Positions 14,392 to 27,210 of a DNA stretch of 64,000 nt are shown one piece after another (position 1 is the stretch's first letter; each line of letters starts with the position of its first letter). The stretch covers positions 34,974,437-35,038,436 of the forward strand of contig NC_092672.1 of the NCBI RefSeq assembly GCF_964355755.1, given 5' to 3'. The position numbers were made by a program, and so were the translations under genes. The DNA is from Antedon mediterranea. Its lineage: Eukaryota > Animalia > Echinodermata. Under the pieces are notes generated by a model. The model searched no databases and was not told the origin of the DNA. It saw only the letters and a program-made list of their open reading frames with translations.

Positions 14392-15711
14392 CAGTCAACT
14401 CTCCCAATACCGGACACCCTTGGGCGGGCATATATTTTCCGGTTTTTCGAAAGTCCGGTTTCCTGAAAACATATTTTTAAAGTCATCACGTTGTCACCGA
14501 ATGCTGCCCGGTACGGTCTCCTAGCGTAGGGAAGGCCTAGGCTAGGCTATGATTGTGTCAATCTAGTTTTAATTAAATAAATACTGATAGGCCTAGGCCT
14601 AGGCCTACTTTATTAATATTAAGCTACAGTAATTCAATTTACCTTTTTTAAAAGTTACATTATTTACTGTACCAATAAAACATGTTACAATAGTAAATTA
14701 TTGTTTCTCAATGTGTTTTTAACGGCAAAAAGGCCTACGTACGTACGTACGGTGAACATAATTTCGGTCTGTTTATTGTTTTTCGTGAGCTAGCTAGCAG
14801 CAGCAGCATGGGTGAAGGGCTTTGATTGATGCGCATGTGCAGAGGTGTCATAATCAAATAAAAACGCCCACACCTAGACCACATGTTTTTTAAGCTCCTT
14901 TATTTTGACGTAATTTGATAGCAATGATGAAAATTGATTAGGTAAACGAGCCAAGCAATAATGACACAATAATTAATTGGTAACATTTCAAAGCTTATTA
15001 ACACTAGTTAAGTCAAGTTCATTCCGTTTACGTTTTGCCATAATGATTTCCAAATTTATAATGATGCACATTTTTAGTCCCGTTTTTAGTGAAACATTCC
15101 TTTTTAAAGTCCTATTGCAATTGTGAATTTAACAATAATTTAAACAAAACAAAGACACAGGAATGTAAATTTAACTTTATTAATATTAAAAAACAATTCA
15201 TATGCTAAAAAACAGGGAGTTGTTAACAACTCCCTGCTAAAAACAATAGACATTAAGACATAGCGCTTCGATGTGAAAAAGCCCACCGCAGTTCGATACG
15301 CAACAAAGCAATTGCCGCCTCGTGGGTTAACAATGACCTGACCTGTCAATCACAGTGTAGTGCTCCATGGCAACATTATTTGATCGTACCGCGAAACGTC
15401 GCGCACTTCATGCATGGTGAGGGTATGGTTAAAAGCTTTTGTACATTGTGAATGTAGTGAATCCGAGTCAGCGACGACGATGTTACGTTGTTTTCGTAAA
15501 TATTTGGAGTTTTTTAACCGTCAGTCCGGTTTTCAGACGCTAATTTTCGTGTTTTGTACTTCATAATTTGTCCGGATTCCGGAATTGGGTATTCCGGTTT
15601 TCATAATAAATTACAGTACATTTAGAATAGGGACAAATTGGGCCCTCCAAAAAAGTCCGGTTTTTCGTGAATTCCGGTTTTGGGAGAGTCCGGTATTGGG
15701 AGAGTTGACTG
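14392..15711. mobile_element. Tc1/mariner-pogo (Tigger-like) non-autonomous element, ~1.3 kb
   Basis: TIR CAGTCAACTCTCCCAATACCGGAC at both ends with TA TSD. A degraded relative lies at ~29222-30009. Confidence 0.85.
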
Positions 15712-17160
15712 TACAGTATATACAATATTTACACATAAGTTGGCTTCATCAGTATTTTTACATTCTTATTTTTTTTATGGACACATCCTCAGTACAAAGA
15801 ATTTTAAAAATATATACTGTATTTTAACTAAAATTCAGTATATAAAATAATTTAATTTAATTACATACAATATTTAGTATGTCACAAAAACAAACTGTAT
15901 AATGTTAATGTAATTTAAACAAGATTGTACTCAAATAAAAACATGTCAAATGATCTCCATACTTATATAATTATGAATATGTAATAAAAATATACACAAA
16001 TGTATATAAAACTATTAATTCACAATATTCCCTTCAAAATTCCTTTTAAAAGCTGAATTTTTAATTGGTTTATTTGTCAGTGCATTCCATCTTTTCCCTC
16101 CCACTGTTAGTAAGGTCTATAGGGATATGTGTGTGACCACTTCACATGCCTCAATCAAATATGCTTTTTCTTATTATTGGAGTGAGTGATATGCCAGTTG
16201 ATAAGACTTTTTAACTGGGTTAAATAACCTAAGAGTTATTACTCTTTAATTTTAATTAGTCAATTATATAGATTAGACTGATGATAAACCTTTAATAAAA
16301 ACAAAAATTTAGAAAAAAAGCTTTTGCTTGATGTTAAGTTTTAAATTTTAGAAAAGTAATATTACAAACAAGTTTTTCCAAATTTTGAGGTACCGGTAAT
16401 TGGGTCATTTATGTAGTCTAATTTTTGGAAAAGTAGTTTTCCAAACTTTTTCCCAATTTTGAGGAAAATTTGAAATAGCAACCTGGTCATTTACTTTAGT
16501 ACAATTATTAGAATTTTCCGTTTTCTAGGATCGTGTGGTTATTATATTTTGTAGATTTGCTTCCGGATTTTTCCCCATTTCTGTAGGTTTTTTGTGTTTC
16601 GCGATCATAGGTCGTGTTACATATACCTCTTTCGTTCATTGTTTAGTATGGTACTGGGTCTAGGCAGTCTACATTTATTTGTTTAGCCTATATATGTCAG
16701 TGTTCTATATTAAAGCATGGTACTGCAATAAAAACTAAATTCCCACCAACCATTATTCAAACTAACAATAAACTTTATCTGCTCTACATCTTTATTCTTG
16801 ACGTTGATAAAATCTCTTTGTAAAATTTAATTTGTTCAAGATTTTGTTCATAATGTGCTAACGTCGACCCTAGATAACAATGGATCATAAGATATTCGTT
16901 ACAAATTAGGCTAAATGTATTTTAGTGTCATGTCATTATTGACACAATTGACATGTATCACAGCATCCTTTGAATAAAGCACACATTACAGTAGTAATAC
17001 AACATAACAAACCAAATTCAAATTTCAGAAACGAAAAGTGTTGTTTGTAACCTGTACTAACTGTATCTGGATAATAGACACTTTTTGTCAAAAAGATGAG
17101 CTACAACTTGAATAAATTAAAACTAGGTAGAACACTTACAATCCATGTGACATATGGCAG

Positions 17161-17375
17161 TGGCAGTGATATTCCCAAATATGGCAGTGATATTCCCAAA
17201 TATGGTAGTGATATTCCCAAATATGGTAGTGATATTCCCAAATATGGTAGTGATATTCCCAAATATGGTAGTGATATTCCCAAATATGGTAGTGATATTC
17301 CCAAATATGGTAGTGATATTCCCAAATATGGTAGTGATATTCCCAAATATGGTAGTGATATTCCCAAATATGGTA
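17161..17375. repeat. 21-bp minisatellite (TGGTAGTGATATTCCCAAATA) x~10 inside an H1 MITE
   Basis: Directly visible tandem array; it explains four overlapping spurious ORFs. Confidence 0.95.
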
Positions 17376-19413
17376 GTGGTAGGACATCATTATGTCCATA
17401 TATGGGCACATCACATTTTTTGTCTCATAAAGTTTGATAGTGTAGACAGAGCTTTACATTTGTATAATCCTGATTCAGAAGAGAAAAATTTGAACAAAGG
17501 AAAGAAAACGTATTATTTTAAGGAAATGTAGTTCAGTCTCTCTAATGATTGACAGAAGCTGGTGTATGATAGGCCTACTTACTACCAGTTAAAGGTGAAA
17601 TATGACCCAAGACCTCCAACAGTACACTTGAATGTAAGTAGGTGACTAATTAAATGACTTCATATTAAGTAATTAAGGATAACAGAATTAAGACAACAGT
17701 GTTTGAATTTTAAATTGACAGATGATTTTTGTAGTCCATTGGGGTATCATAATAAATACACTATGAATCATATTCATAATATAAACTCTTTTATATTTAA
17801 ATACAGTAGATCATTCAAATGGTGGAGCAGTTAAAGGCAGTACAGTTTAAAATTCGAGACAAGTAGGGGGTTACCCCAATGAACTGCATCAGGGGGATTA
17901 CTATCTGATAAAAAAAAAAAATAGTGATTAATCTAATTTTTGTAAGAAAGACATAAATAAATAAAAATAAATATATTATATCATGGAGAAACCATGATTA
18001 TATCAAATACAGGCTGTTGCTTGCCTATCGAGGTTTTATCCATTGTATCAAAACCGTTTTCCTATTTAAACATACAGTATACCAAGAAATACTGAATATA
18101 TATCAACAGTATAATATTATTTAAAACTTTTGATAAAATAAATATAAACTGGATTTTTTTTAAAGGAAAATACTGTACATTGAATGGCAAGTCACTCAAA
18201 TCCTATATTTTTTGACAATAGAATATTTTATTATTGTTACACAAGATATCCATACTGTAATCCTCATAGTAACATCTGCCATGCTAACAGTATGATACAA
18301 GTATATAAGCTAGGCCTATGTATACACACATGAATGGTATTTTAATAAGTGAAAGCACAGAGAGAAAGCATCAGGTTACCCATCGGGCATTGGCATTGGC
18401 AGAGACCTAGCCAGCGGGGTTACAGACTAGGCAAAGACCTATGGGGTTAGGCCAAATGATCTTCTCGTAAATCATAAGCTTAGTGTATATATTCAAGGGA
18501 CTGGTTTGAAGGAAGTTGGCAAAAACAACAATTGTGATGATTGTAATTGATGTAGATAGAAACTTGCTGTACAATATTTCTTTTTTTTTTTTCAAAATAA
18601 AGAACAAACAAGTTTGTAACTTAAAATAACTACGTAATACAGTACTGTACAGTTTATTAAACTAGTAATGTGTACAATATTTAATTAAATAGTTTTACTA
18701 TTTATTATCATTTTAATAATGTGTACGGTAAATATAGCTTGAATGTTGATTTGACTTTTTCAAATACAGTAGAGTGCAAATTAATAAAAAATAAATCCAC
18801 AGAAAAAAACACTATATAATAAATTATGTCTAACAAGATCCTCTACTCTTATTCAGATTCAATTTATTTTGTCAATTAAAATGGAAATAATATGAGTACA
18901 TTTTCAAAATTTTAAAATGTATATTAATAAAATTGTGTAATAAATTAAATTATTTAGCTATACAAAAATATAATTTTAAAAATCTGACCATACCTTACAA
19001 ATAAACACCATTTAATACCAGTTTATCCAGATGCTATAAAAACTACACACACACACAAGAGTGGTGCAAAAACCCAACTGTATGGTACAAAAGCAGAACA
19101 AAACAAAAATATTTTCTCAGGGTAGCACTTTTACTCCTTTTTCTCACACAATACACCTGACAATTTGCTAATCTTAACTCGTATAATCTCTCTTGCTTGA
19201 GTAATCTACTACAAAAATTAATTACAAATTATATTTTTCTAATCGAACGAGGAATCAAATTGATTTTGAACAATCAGTAGAGGTATGTTTACATTCAAAG
19301 CAGCCAATCTTGATCAACCAGTATTCAACTGCCTTTCAAGGTGGGTTTCCACTACAACTGTTTCCCATGATCAAATAAGAGATTTATTTTTATGTTGCTT
19401 ATGAACCATAGCC

Positions 19414-20989
19414 GGGTATTGCTAAACACCGCAAACCCCCGCAAACCTCCAAAAAAACATAGCAAACCCCATCGAACCAACATAAAAGTGAATGAATCAT
19501 GTAGTGTACAACCCACTGAGTATATCCATGTAAAAAAAATAATACATTTTTACTGTTAACTAATTATTTTTGGGGAAAAACATCATTTTTTGGTCAAAAA
19601 TGATTGCTAAACCCCGCAAACCTCCATAAAAATATAGCAAACCCCACCGAACCAACATAAAAGTGATTGAATCATGTAGTGTACAACCCACTGGGTATAT
19701 CCATGTAAAAAAAATATTAAATTTCTACTGTTAACTACTTATTTTTGGGGTAAAACATCATTTTTTGGTCAAAAATGATTGCTAATTTTTGCCCCAAGTC
19801 TGTATTGTTTTTTTTTCGACCGCGATTTTTGTCTGAAAATACAGACTTGTGAAACACGTATAGAAATCGATTTGCAGACCGCAAACATACGATAAGAATG
19901 ACGTAGGTTATCATACCGTATTTGGCTATATGGGGCGGGCGGTATGTAAATATGGATTTCGAATCAACCAATGATCATTTTGTTTCAAAATGAAAGAGAT
20001 CGAGTACATACAGTGCTTAATGTACGATCGAGACTGTTGTCAAAATATAAAATAGTAATGCCAAGTTGTTTTGTTTATTAATTGTTTAGTCCTTGGCCTA
20101 GGCCTCTTTCGTAGGTCCTACTCAACTCGCACGTATGACCTGCCAAATAAAACGCCAAATGAAGTAGGCCTACATACTACCGGCACACAACAGGGCTACA
20201 CCACTACTCACAGGAGGAGAAGAACAGGACAGGGTCTGGGTGGGAATTAAATCAAAATTATCTCCGCGTAATAAATGATCCATTCAATGTTTGATTTGCG
20301 GAGAAGCTAGCCTATCATATCACGAGTTTTCATGTTCTTGGGAAAAATCCCATCAAATGTTTACCAGACTACTAGGCATATAGAATCATTTCTAGCCTTC
20401 AGAAACTTTCATAAATGTACCCAAGTACACATTGTCTAAACGTAACATAGCGCATGCGCATCATCTTAGTTGTTGAGTCTTTGAAATTCTGAAATATGAA
20501 TATTTAAACGGTGTACGAGTGAGTAGCCAATCGCATGCAGGTGAAACTAGTCAACCGGATAATCGTATGCACCAAGAATTCTTGGTGTCAAACCATGTGA
20601 CTTGTGCGTGTTTCCCCAGACGGAGTATCCAAAATCAAGTAGTATACGTATGAAACGCCATATGTGCCAAAATATTTATCTTTTTACTAATATTAAGACA
20701 AAACTCCGTCTGGAACCCAGACTAGGTCGTACACTACATTATTCAATCACTTTTATGTTGGTTCGGTGGGGTTTGCTAGGGTTTTTTGGAGGTTTGCGGG
20801 GTTTAGCAATCATTTTTGACCAAAAAATGATGTTTTACCCCAAAAATAAGTTGTTAACAGTAGAAATTTAATTTTTTTTAAAAATTGATATACCCAGTGG
20901 GTCGTACACTACATGATTTAATCACTTTTATGTTGGTTCGGTGGGGTTTGCTATGTTTTTTTGGAGGTTTGCGGGGTTTAGCAATACCC
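19414..20989. mobile_element. MULE/Foldback-like element with long modular TIRs
   Basis: Ends GGGTATTGCTAAAC...GTTTAGCAATACCC. A ~180-bp module occurs twice on the left and ~1.5 times inverted on the right. The flanks AACCATAGCC and AACCAGCC resemble an eroded ~10-bp TSD. Confidence 0.8.
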
Positions 20990-21039
20990 AACCAGCCTTA
21001 AGCTCTGTCTACCCTATCACACTTTATGTGACAAAAATG

Positions 21040-21364
21040 TTTTTCTATTTATTTTTTATTACACCTTATTTATAGAGTGTGACCCTAAACAGCGTATGCT
21101 GACAATCAAGGGGCCCTCTTGATGAGTGACATTGGCTGTGTGTATACTAGTACACCTTCGTCTCGAAAGATGTACTAGGTTCTTTAAAGTGCACAGGAGC
21201 GTGCACATAAGTGTGTACACTGGATCTACGGCTTATAATGTAGTCCTTATCCGAGAAGACTCGTTCTACCACCAGAACCATGGAGCGAGTGAGGCTCGAA
21301 CCCTTGTCGATGTTAATATGGTAAGATATTGCAGTTCCACTATCTTAACCGCTTGGCCACTCAC
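21040..21364 (-). mobile_element. SINE family A variant with a different tail, nested in an H1 MITE
   Basis: Head and core match 7203-7523; the tail matches the LINE end at ~39490-39560. Confidence 0.8.
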
Positions 21365-22130
21365 AACATAAAAATAAATCTTGGTCATATCACTACCCTA
21401 TTTGGCCACATCACACCTTTTTTTTTGTCAAACTAGTTTGATAGTGTAGACAGAGCTTTAGAAGTTTAAACATCATGTGTACATAATCAATTTCTTACGC
21501 AATAAATATTTGGTCCAAATCCGAGTGCTACCTTTTGGAATAGCCTAGCCTTTGAGAATTAAATATGGAATCATTGGAACAGTAGATACGGTAGGCCTAT
21601 GTTGGTTGACAGCATGACTGTCCCAACTCAGCTCCACCTTGTTAAATAGAACAGTCAATCTTTCAACTCATGCAAATATCCTCTCCATTCAACTACCAAA
21701 CCGTATTTATACTATGTACTTGTTGTATGTCTAGTATGACCTATGACCTAAGCGTAGTCATAGTACATTCAAATATATACAGTACATGAAGGTAATGGTA
21801 GTGATGAAACGTTTATGTACTAAACAATGGCACTAAGTAGTAATAAACTTTACCTTAATATAAACTAAATTAAACTTTTTAAAGCAATATTGTTTGTAAA
21901 GATGCTGAACAATTCCAAGATGATGAGACTTTAATGGCAACTCTAAGTTTCAATAGACATCATTATGAACATTAATGAAATAGGATATTTAAAATAGGTA
22001 ATTCTTTATGTTCGTCTCAACATGCATTACTTTAGATCATAAATTCATGTTCAACACAGATAACCTTTCACATTTCAATAGTAGAGATATATTGTAGGTT
22101 TTTATTCCAATTCTCGAATTTAAACATTTA

Positions 22131-23764
22131 GGGCCTGTTTCTGCTGCATAAAAATAACCGGTTAAAATCGGTGTGAATAAATTAAAATCGGTGTGAATAA
22201 ATTAACTCCATTTTCTTGGCAGCAGAAACAGGACAAATTTGTGGTAACCGGTTAAAAGGCAGCGCAAAATAACCGGTTAAAAACACCAATTTAAATCGGT
22301 GTTAGAACGCCGTTTAACCGGTTATCGCTGAGCAATTCTTAGCTGCAACACGAAATAACGGTTATTTGATTGACAGTTGTGACCCCGGGTCAGATACCGT
22401 CGCATACGGTGTGTGTTTTCCTCGTCGTTTTGACAGTCGAACGAAGAAGTGAACATGTATGTGGATGAATGAAATCACAAGATATGTTATTCAGTTGTGG
22501 AGGGAGAGAAAGTACGGGGAAGGATGGCAGGCAATAGAAAAGAATCACAGATAATAAATAAGAGCATTTTTGCGAAAGTAAAAGAGGAATTTGGGGTGGA
22601 GTTCCGGGGACTACCCAAGCTAAGCAATCTGAGGCGTTAGTACACGCTCGCGAAGGGTATGGATGGTCCTATATTAACACCAAAACGGAAACAAAAGGGA
22701 CTCAAAATGTTGCAAATACCTACCAAACGATAGTAGATAATGGTTAATTGATTATGAAAACCCAAATTTTATAGCAAAAATCATCCGAATTTATGTTATA
22801 AACGATGAATTTAGCAACAAAAACTTAATCCAAACGAGCGTATTTATGGCACGCCCTTAGTGCCTTTAATAGGAGAACAATGAACAATCTTAATTTGACC
22901 GTTTTATAAATTTTTTTTAGAAAAACATCACATCGACCGAAAACAAAGGTTATGAGAGCCTTTGATAATATATTAAATATGATTTTATTAAGCATAGAAA
23001 TGTGTTATTATTTATGTTAGTACATAATATTATGCGAAACAATGTTTAATACTCATTATTCTATTAAAGGCACTATGTGCGTGCGATATTCTATGACTTG
23101 GATACTCTCGTTTGATTTAAGTTTTTGTGGCTAAACTCGTCGTTTTTAACACAAATTCGGACGATTTTTGCTATAAAAGTTAGGGTTTCATGAATCATAA
23201 TTAATTAACAATTATCTACTCTCGTTTGGTAGGTATTGCAACATTCTAAGTCTCGTTTTTGTTTCCGTTTGGTTTTTTGTAGGACCGCGCTCGCGAAAGA
23301 CAACAGTCGTTCACGTGGTAAGGGCCGTATCATCATCGCCTTTGTTGATGAATTTTAGGCTAGATAAAAATTATCCTAGGCGATCGGGCGCTGCACGACC
23401 CTCCCCATGTTATTGAAGGCGCCATGAGAATTAATTTTATTAGCGATCAGTAAGTAGGCTTTACAAAAAACAAAACTTGTAGATCTGTAGACAACATTTT
23501 ATTATTTTAACATGTTTGAGATGTTCGGCGATATACACACGTGTGTACTGACGACGTCGATGTAAACAAACAGCCAACTTACTACTTCCGTCTGAGTGTA
23601 TTGCATTTTGGGTAATGATGACGTTTTGCTCGACGACCACCCATAGATTTAACCGGTTATTTCGGAGCACAAATTGAGCAGAAACGCGGTCTTGTTATTG
23701 TTATCTATTTTTAATCTATTTAAAAATAACCGGTTAAATTGCGTTATGCAGCAGAAACAGACCC
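22131..23764 (+). mobile_element. PIF/Harbinger element (H2) with a decayed Myb/SANT (trihelix) ORF
   Basis: TTA TSD and TIR GGG(C/T)CTGTTTCTGCTGCATAA. Remnant peptides WMNEITRYVIQLW, KLSNLRR*Y and KDNSRSRGKGR..FVDE..ILGDR. Confidence 0.8.
22655..23287. mobile_element. Foldback/MULE-like insertion with ~230-bp imperfect TIRs
   Basis: Begins GGGTAT. The arms ~22665-22880 and ~23060-23286 are reverse complements. Flanked by the 10-bp direct repeat CGCTCGCGAA. Confidence 0.75.
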
Positions 23765-25462
23765 TTAGATTTGTGTTGAACACATGTTTTTATTATCATG
23801 ATATATTGCCCTGAAAAATATTTTTACATTTTGTGTTGTTGTCGAATGTGCTATTTTAATGTCGAATAATAGTTATTCACTTTTACCAAAAATAGGATCG
23901 AAAAAAAATGTATTTAACTGAAAAAAAAATAATTTAAAGCAAAAAATATTTAAATTGACTAGAAGTCAATGGGTTTTTGTTTTATTTATTCATTTTTCAT
24001 GTTTTTGGGGAAAAAATTTTTTCAAAAATCATGTTATAAAATAAACCGTTGATTTACCACTGTTAACCACTGATTTTAAGCAAGACATAGGCCTAAATAG
24101 AGGGGTTTTCCGTCATCTATTCTATGTGTTTTCTCTTTTGAGGAAAAAGGCCTGTCAGTTTTATTTTATCCAGGTAAGCTAGGCACGAATGAATTATAAA
24201 ATGAAAAAAACATCAGTTTTTGTTTCATTATGCTTCTAGATATGTCTAAACCATATACCTCCCTTTTGTTAAATTAGAAAATACAAACTGGTTTTGTTCA
24301 AACCAATGCATAAAGTGCAAACTCATTTTACGAGCACCATAGATAATATTTGCCAAATTCTTCTTACATACTTAACACTGAAATGATTATATTATACATG
24401 TTGATACAACAAAACAAACAAGAAGCAACAAAACTGATATAATTAGTCTGCTTAACACTTCTACTGGTAGCAATACTTAAGTACCCACTTCAACTGGGTC
24501 CATAGCAATTTTCATTTCTACTCTCTTATACGCCATGGACACTATTTGAACAACACAGGTATACATCAGACTCATCATAATACTGATACAAAGAAATGGC
24601 AAAAAGCATGGCTTCCTCCTTTCTAGAAGGTTTACAGAAGATAATCTATACTGTTGACTAAAGTTCTGATTTTGCCATTTACTGTGCTTTAATAAATTTT
24701 TCAGCCTATGTTATCAACATATATCAATTTTCATCATGCATGATGTCATAAAAGGGCGACAATCAATCACATTTGCAATTAATAATCTGATTATGTTTCA
24801 ACAACGCCACTAATGGGAGTTATTAATAATTACTAAATTAGATAAAAGTATTTTAAGTGTAAATGTCACAACAAAGCAGTAAATTAATATGTAATAATTG
24901 TCAAATTGTATCAATTTATATTTTTAATTGTATACGCCACAGTGACAGGAGTAAGCAGATAGAACTAGAATAAAAACCTACAACATATATCTACCAAAGA
25001 TTGAGTTGTTTTGCCACAAAAAATATTTCTGACTCGCTTGCTACGGTTTCCAATGTATCAAGTTTCAAATAAACGATAAATAACGGTATTTCTGCCTTGT
25101 TTATAGCAAACAAAGACAACGTATTCTAACGTATCTAATTTCTTTATAAAAAGATAAACATAGCCTCGAATAGCTTAACTCTTATAGTCTCTTGAATTCC
25201 TTGGAATTCGAAATCTTCTCTTCAAAAACTTCGTGTTGTCAGTACGACGATACGAAAAGAAATGATGACGGTATTACGTGGGAGTGGTCCCACTGGAGGG
25301 CGCTATAGCAGACTGTCTCATTTATCATGGAGGTGAGCTACCGCTAAATTCTTCTTTTCGTAATTGTTTCGCACTTCGTGGAAAAGGGCTTATGTCGGAT
25401 TTATCCAGGTAAGCAGGTACGATATAGACACAAAAACCAGGCTGAGATCCACAATTTTGAAT

Positions 25463-25675
25463 TGTGGTGCTGTAGCTTGGTGGTTAATGTGATTGCCTTC
25501 AAATTCAAAGGACTAGAGTTCAATCTTGACCTAGTGCCAGGGTTGTAACTCGCGACTCTTTCAATTCCACTCTCTCAGCCTGAGACTTAACTGTAGTTTA
25601 TAAGCATGATAAATTATTAACTATTTATCAATCATGTAATTGGCCATTCCAGCGAATGGAATATAAAAAAAATTA
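25463..25675 (+). mobile_element. tRNA-derived SINE family B
   Basis: GTGG(A)GCTGTAGCTTGGTGGTTAA...GTTCAATC head and A-rich tail. Copies at 44852-45083 and 60303-60492, fragments at 329-385 and 62691-62740, and a related element at ~48035-48293 (-). Confidence 0.8.
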
Positions 25676-27004
25676 AAAAGATAAAATGTCATTGAGGTTT
25701 CAATGTTTCGGTTATGATACAACCATCTTCTGGGCAATAAACTAGGCAAGTATAGATGAGAAAAATATATGAAATTCTATACTTCGTGGGGAAAGGGCTA
25801 CTGTCGGTTTATCCTGGTAAGCAGGCACGAAATAGACATACATGAGATGATAAATTTGTTTTCCATTTTATAATGTGAATGACAAACTTTTCTTGCATTT
25901 ATTTGCCAGAAAAACAACAATATTGTACTAATGCACTTTATAAGAACAACATAAATCCTTTTGTAAAGCTTTTAGTTGGTGTTTCTTTCAAACACGTACA
26001 AAGGAACTGATGTGTTATAAAGGAAAACATGAGTTATTCACGGTTTGAAGTGCATCTTCTATAATTTACAAAGTTCAAAGAAAAAATTTTTAAAAAACTT
26101 ATAGTAAGAATAAGTAAAAATAGTAAGAATGGATTCAAATGTCATAAAATATTGAATATATGTATTCCACCTTTAAACCTCTGTCTTTTAATGCTATAAA
26201 ATGATTTAATGGCTAACGTGTTTTAGTCAGTTTAACTTTGTACAGAATTTTGACAATGAGTAAAGTACAATACACCGTCTCAAATAATGCTAAATTTAAT
26301 TTAAATTTAATTTAAGGTTAATTGTACTTTACTACACCGTGTGTGCTATAGTTTTAATTGATATGTTTCTTGTATGTAAGAATCAGCAGTTTTTAATACA
26401 TTTTATACAAAAATTATAATTGTTAACCAAAAAAAAGAAGTAAATTTTAAAGATTCTTTACTGTATATCATTAATTACAATGAACTTGATGCACAATTTA
26501 TTGCACTTTACAATAGTGCTATACACTATTGACCAATCACATACCAAATATTATTGACCCAATCACCACCTAGCTAATAAGTTCCCCTTGGGAAAAAACC
26601 ACTTCATTATTTACTTTTAATTTCACACCTCTACGTTCTTATCAACACAAGCTAATGAGTTAAAGAAGATAAAAATTCTTCTTGGTGTTTCTACCAGGGA
26701 GTTAACAAACAAATCAAGTGCAATATCCCATGGTAGGCTACTATATAACAAAAGTTACACAACTAACTGATTTCTCCATGCACAAACCAACAGTGGTGTT
26801 GGTAGTCTAGGATGAGTGCTAGCTAAGCTGAATAAACCGACAATAAGCCTTTCTCCTCGAGGAGCGAAATATAACTCCAAAAGTAAACCTTTATCATCAT
26901 CAAGAACGCTGAACATTTTGCATTAGCGCACTAAACAAGACTTCTCCAATAGGAGATATTATTGGCCAAAGTACGCATACAGTAGACTTATTTATTTTAT
27001 TTTC

Positions 27005-27210
27005 GTACAGTATCATTTTCTATAATTTCTATCCATGTGGTTTTAGGTCGTCTTCTTGACTTTTTTTTCTTAGATTCGGATAGAGCTTTTTGCGCTGGGA
27101 TATCAGAGTCTAGACAAAGAACGTGTCCACACCATGTTAAGGGTCTTTTTTTTATCACTTTTCTCTGATTTCCCCTGGTTGTGCTATTATATAGATCAGT
27201 GTATTATTCA
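27005..27210 (-). mobile_element. RTE-clade LINE ORF2 C-terminal remnant
   Basis: The frameshifted translation GHVLCLDSDIPAQKALSESKKK..RRPKTTWIEIIEND resembles the RTE motif W.GHV.R...GRP...W...I..D. Confidence 0.6.

Noticed and set aside
17096-17531. Four overlapping repetitive ORFs (YGSDIPK, EYHYHIW, etc.) and a CRISPR-like look
   Set aside because: A pure 21-bp tandem repeat with no unique spacers, inside a MITE; no cas genes; eukaryotic context.
25400-25415. CTTACCTGG (minus strand) resembling the U1 snRNA 5' end
   Set aside because: The downstream sequence does not follow U1 (no stem-loop I/II, no Sm site).
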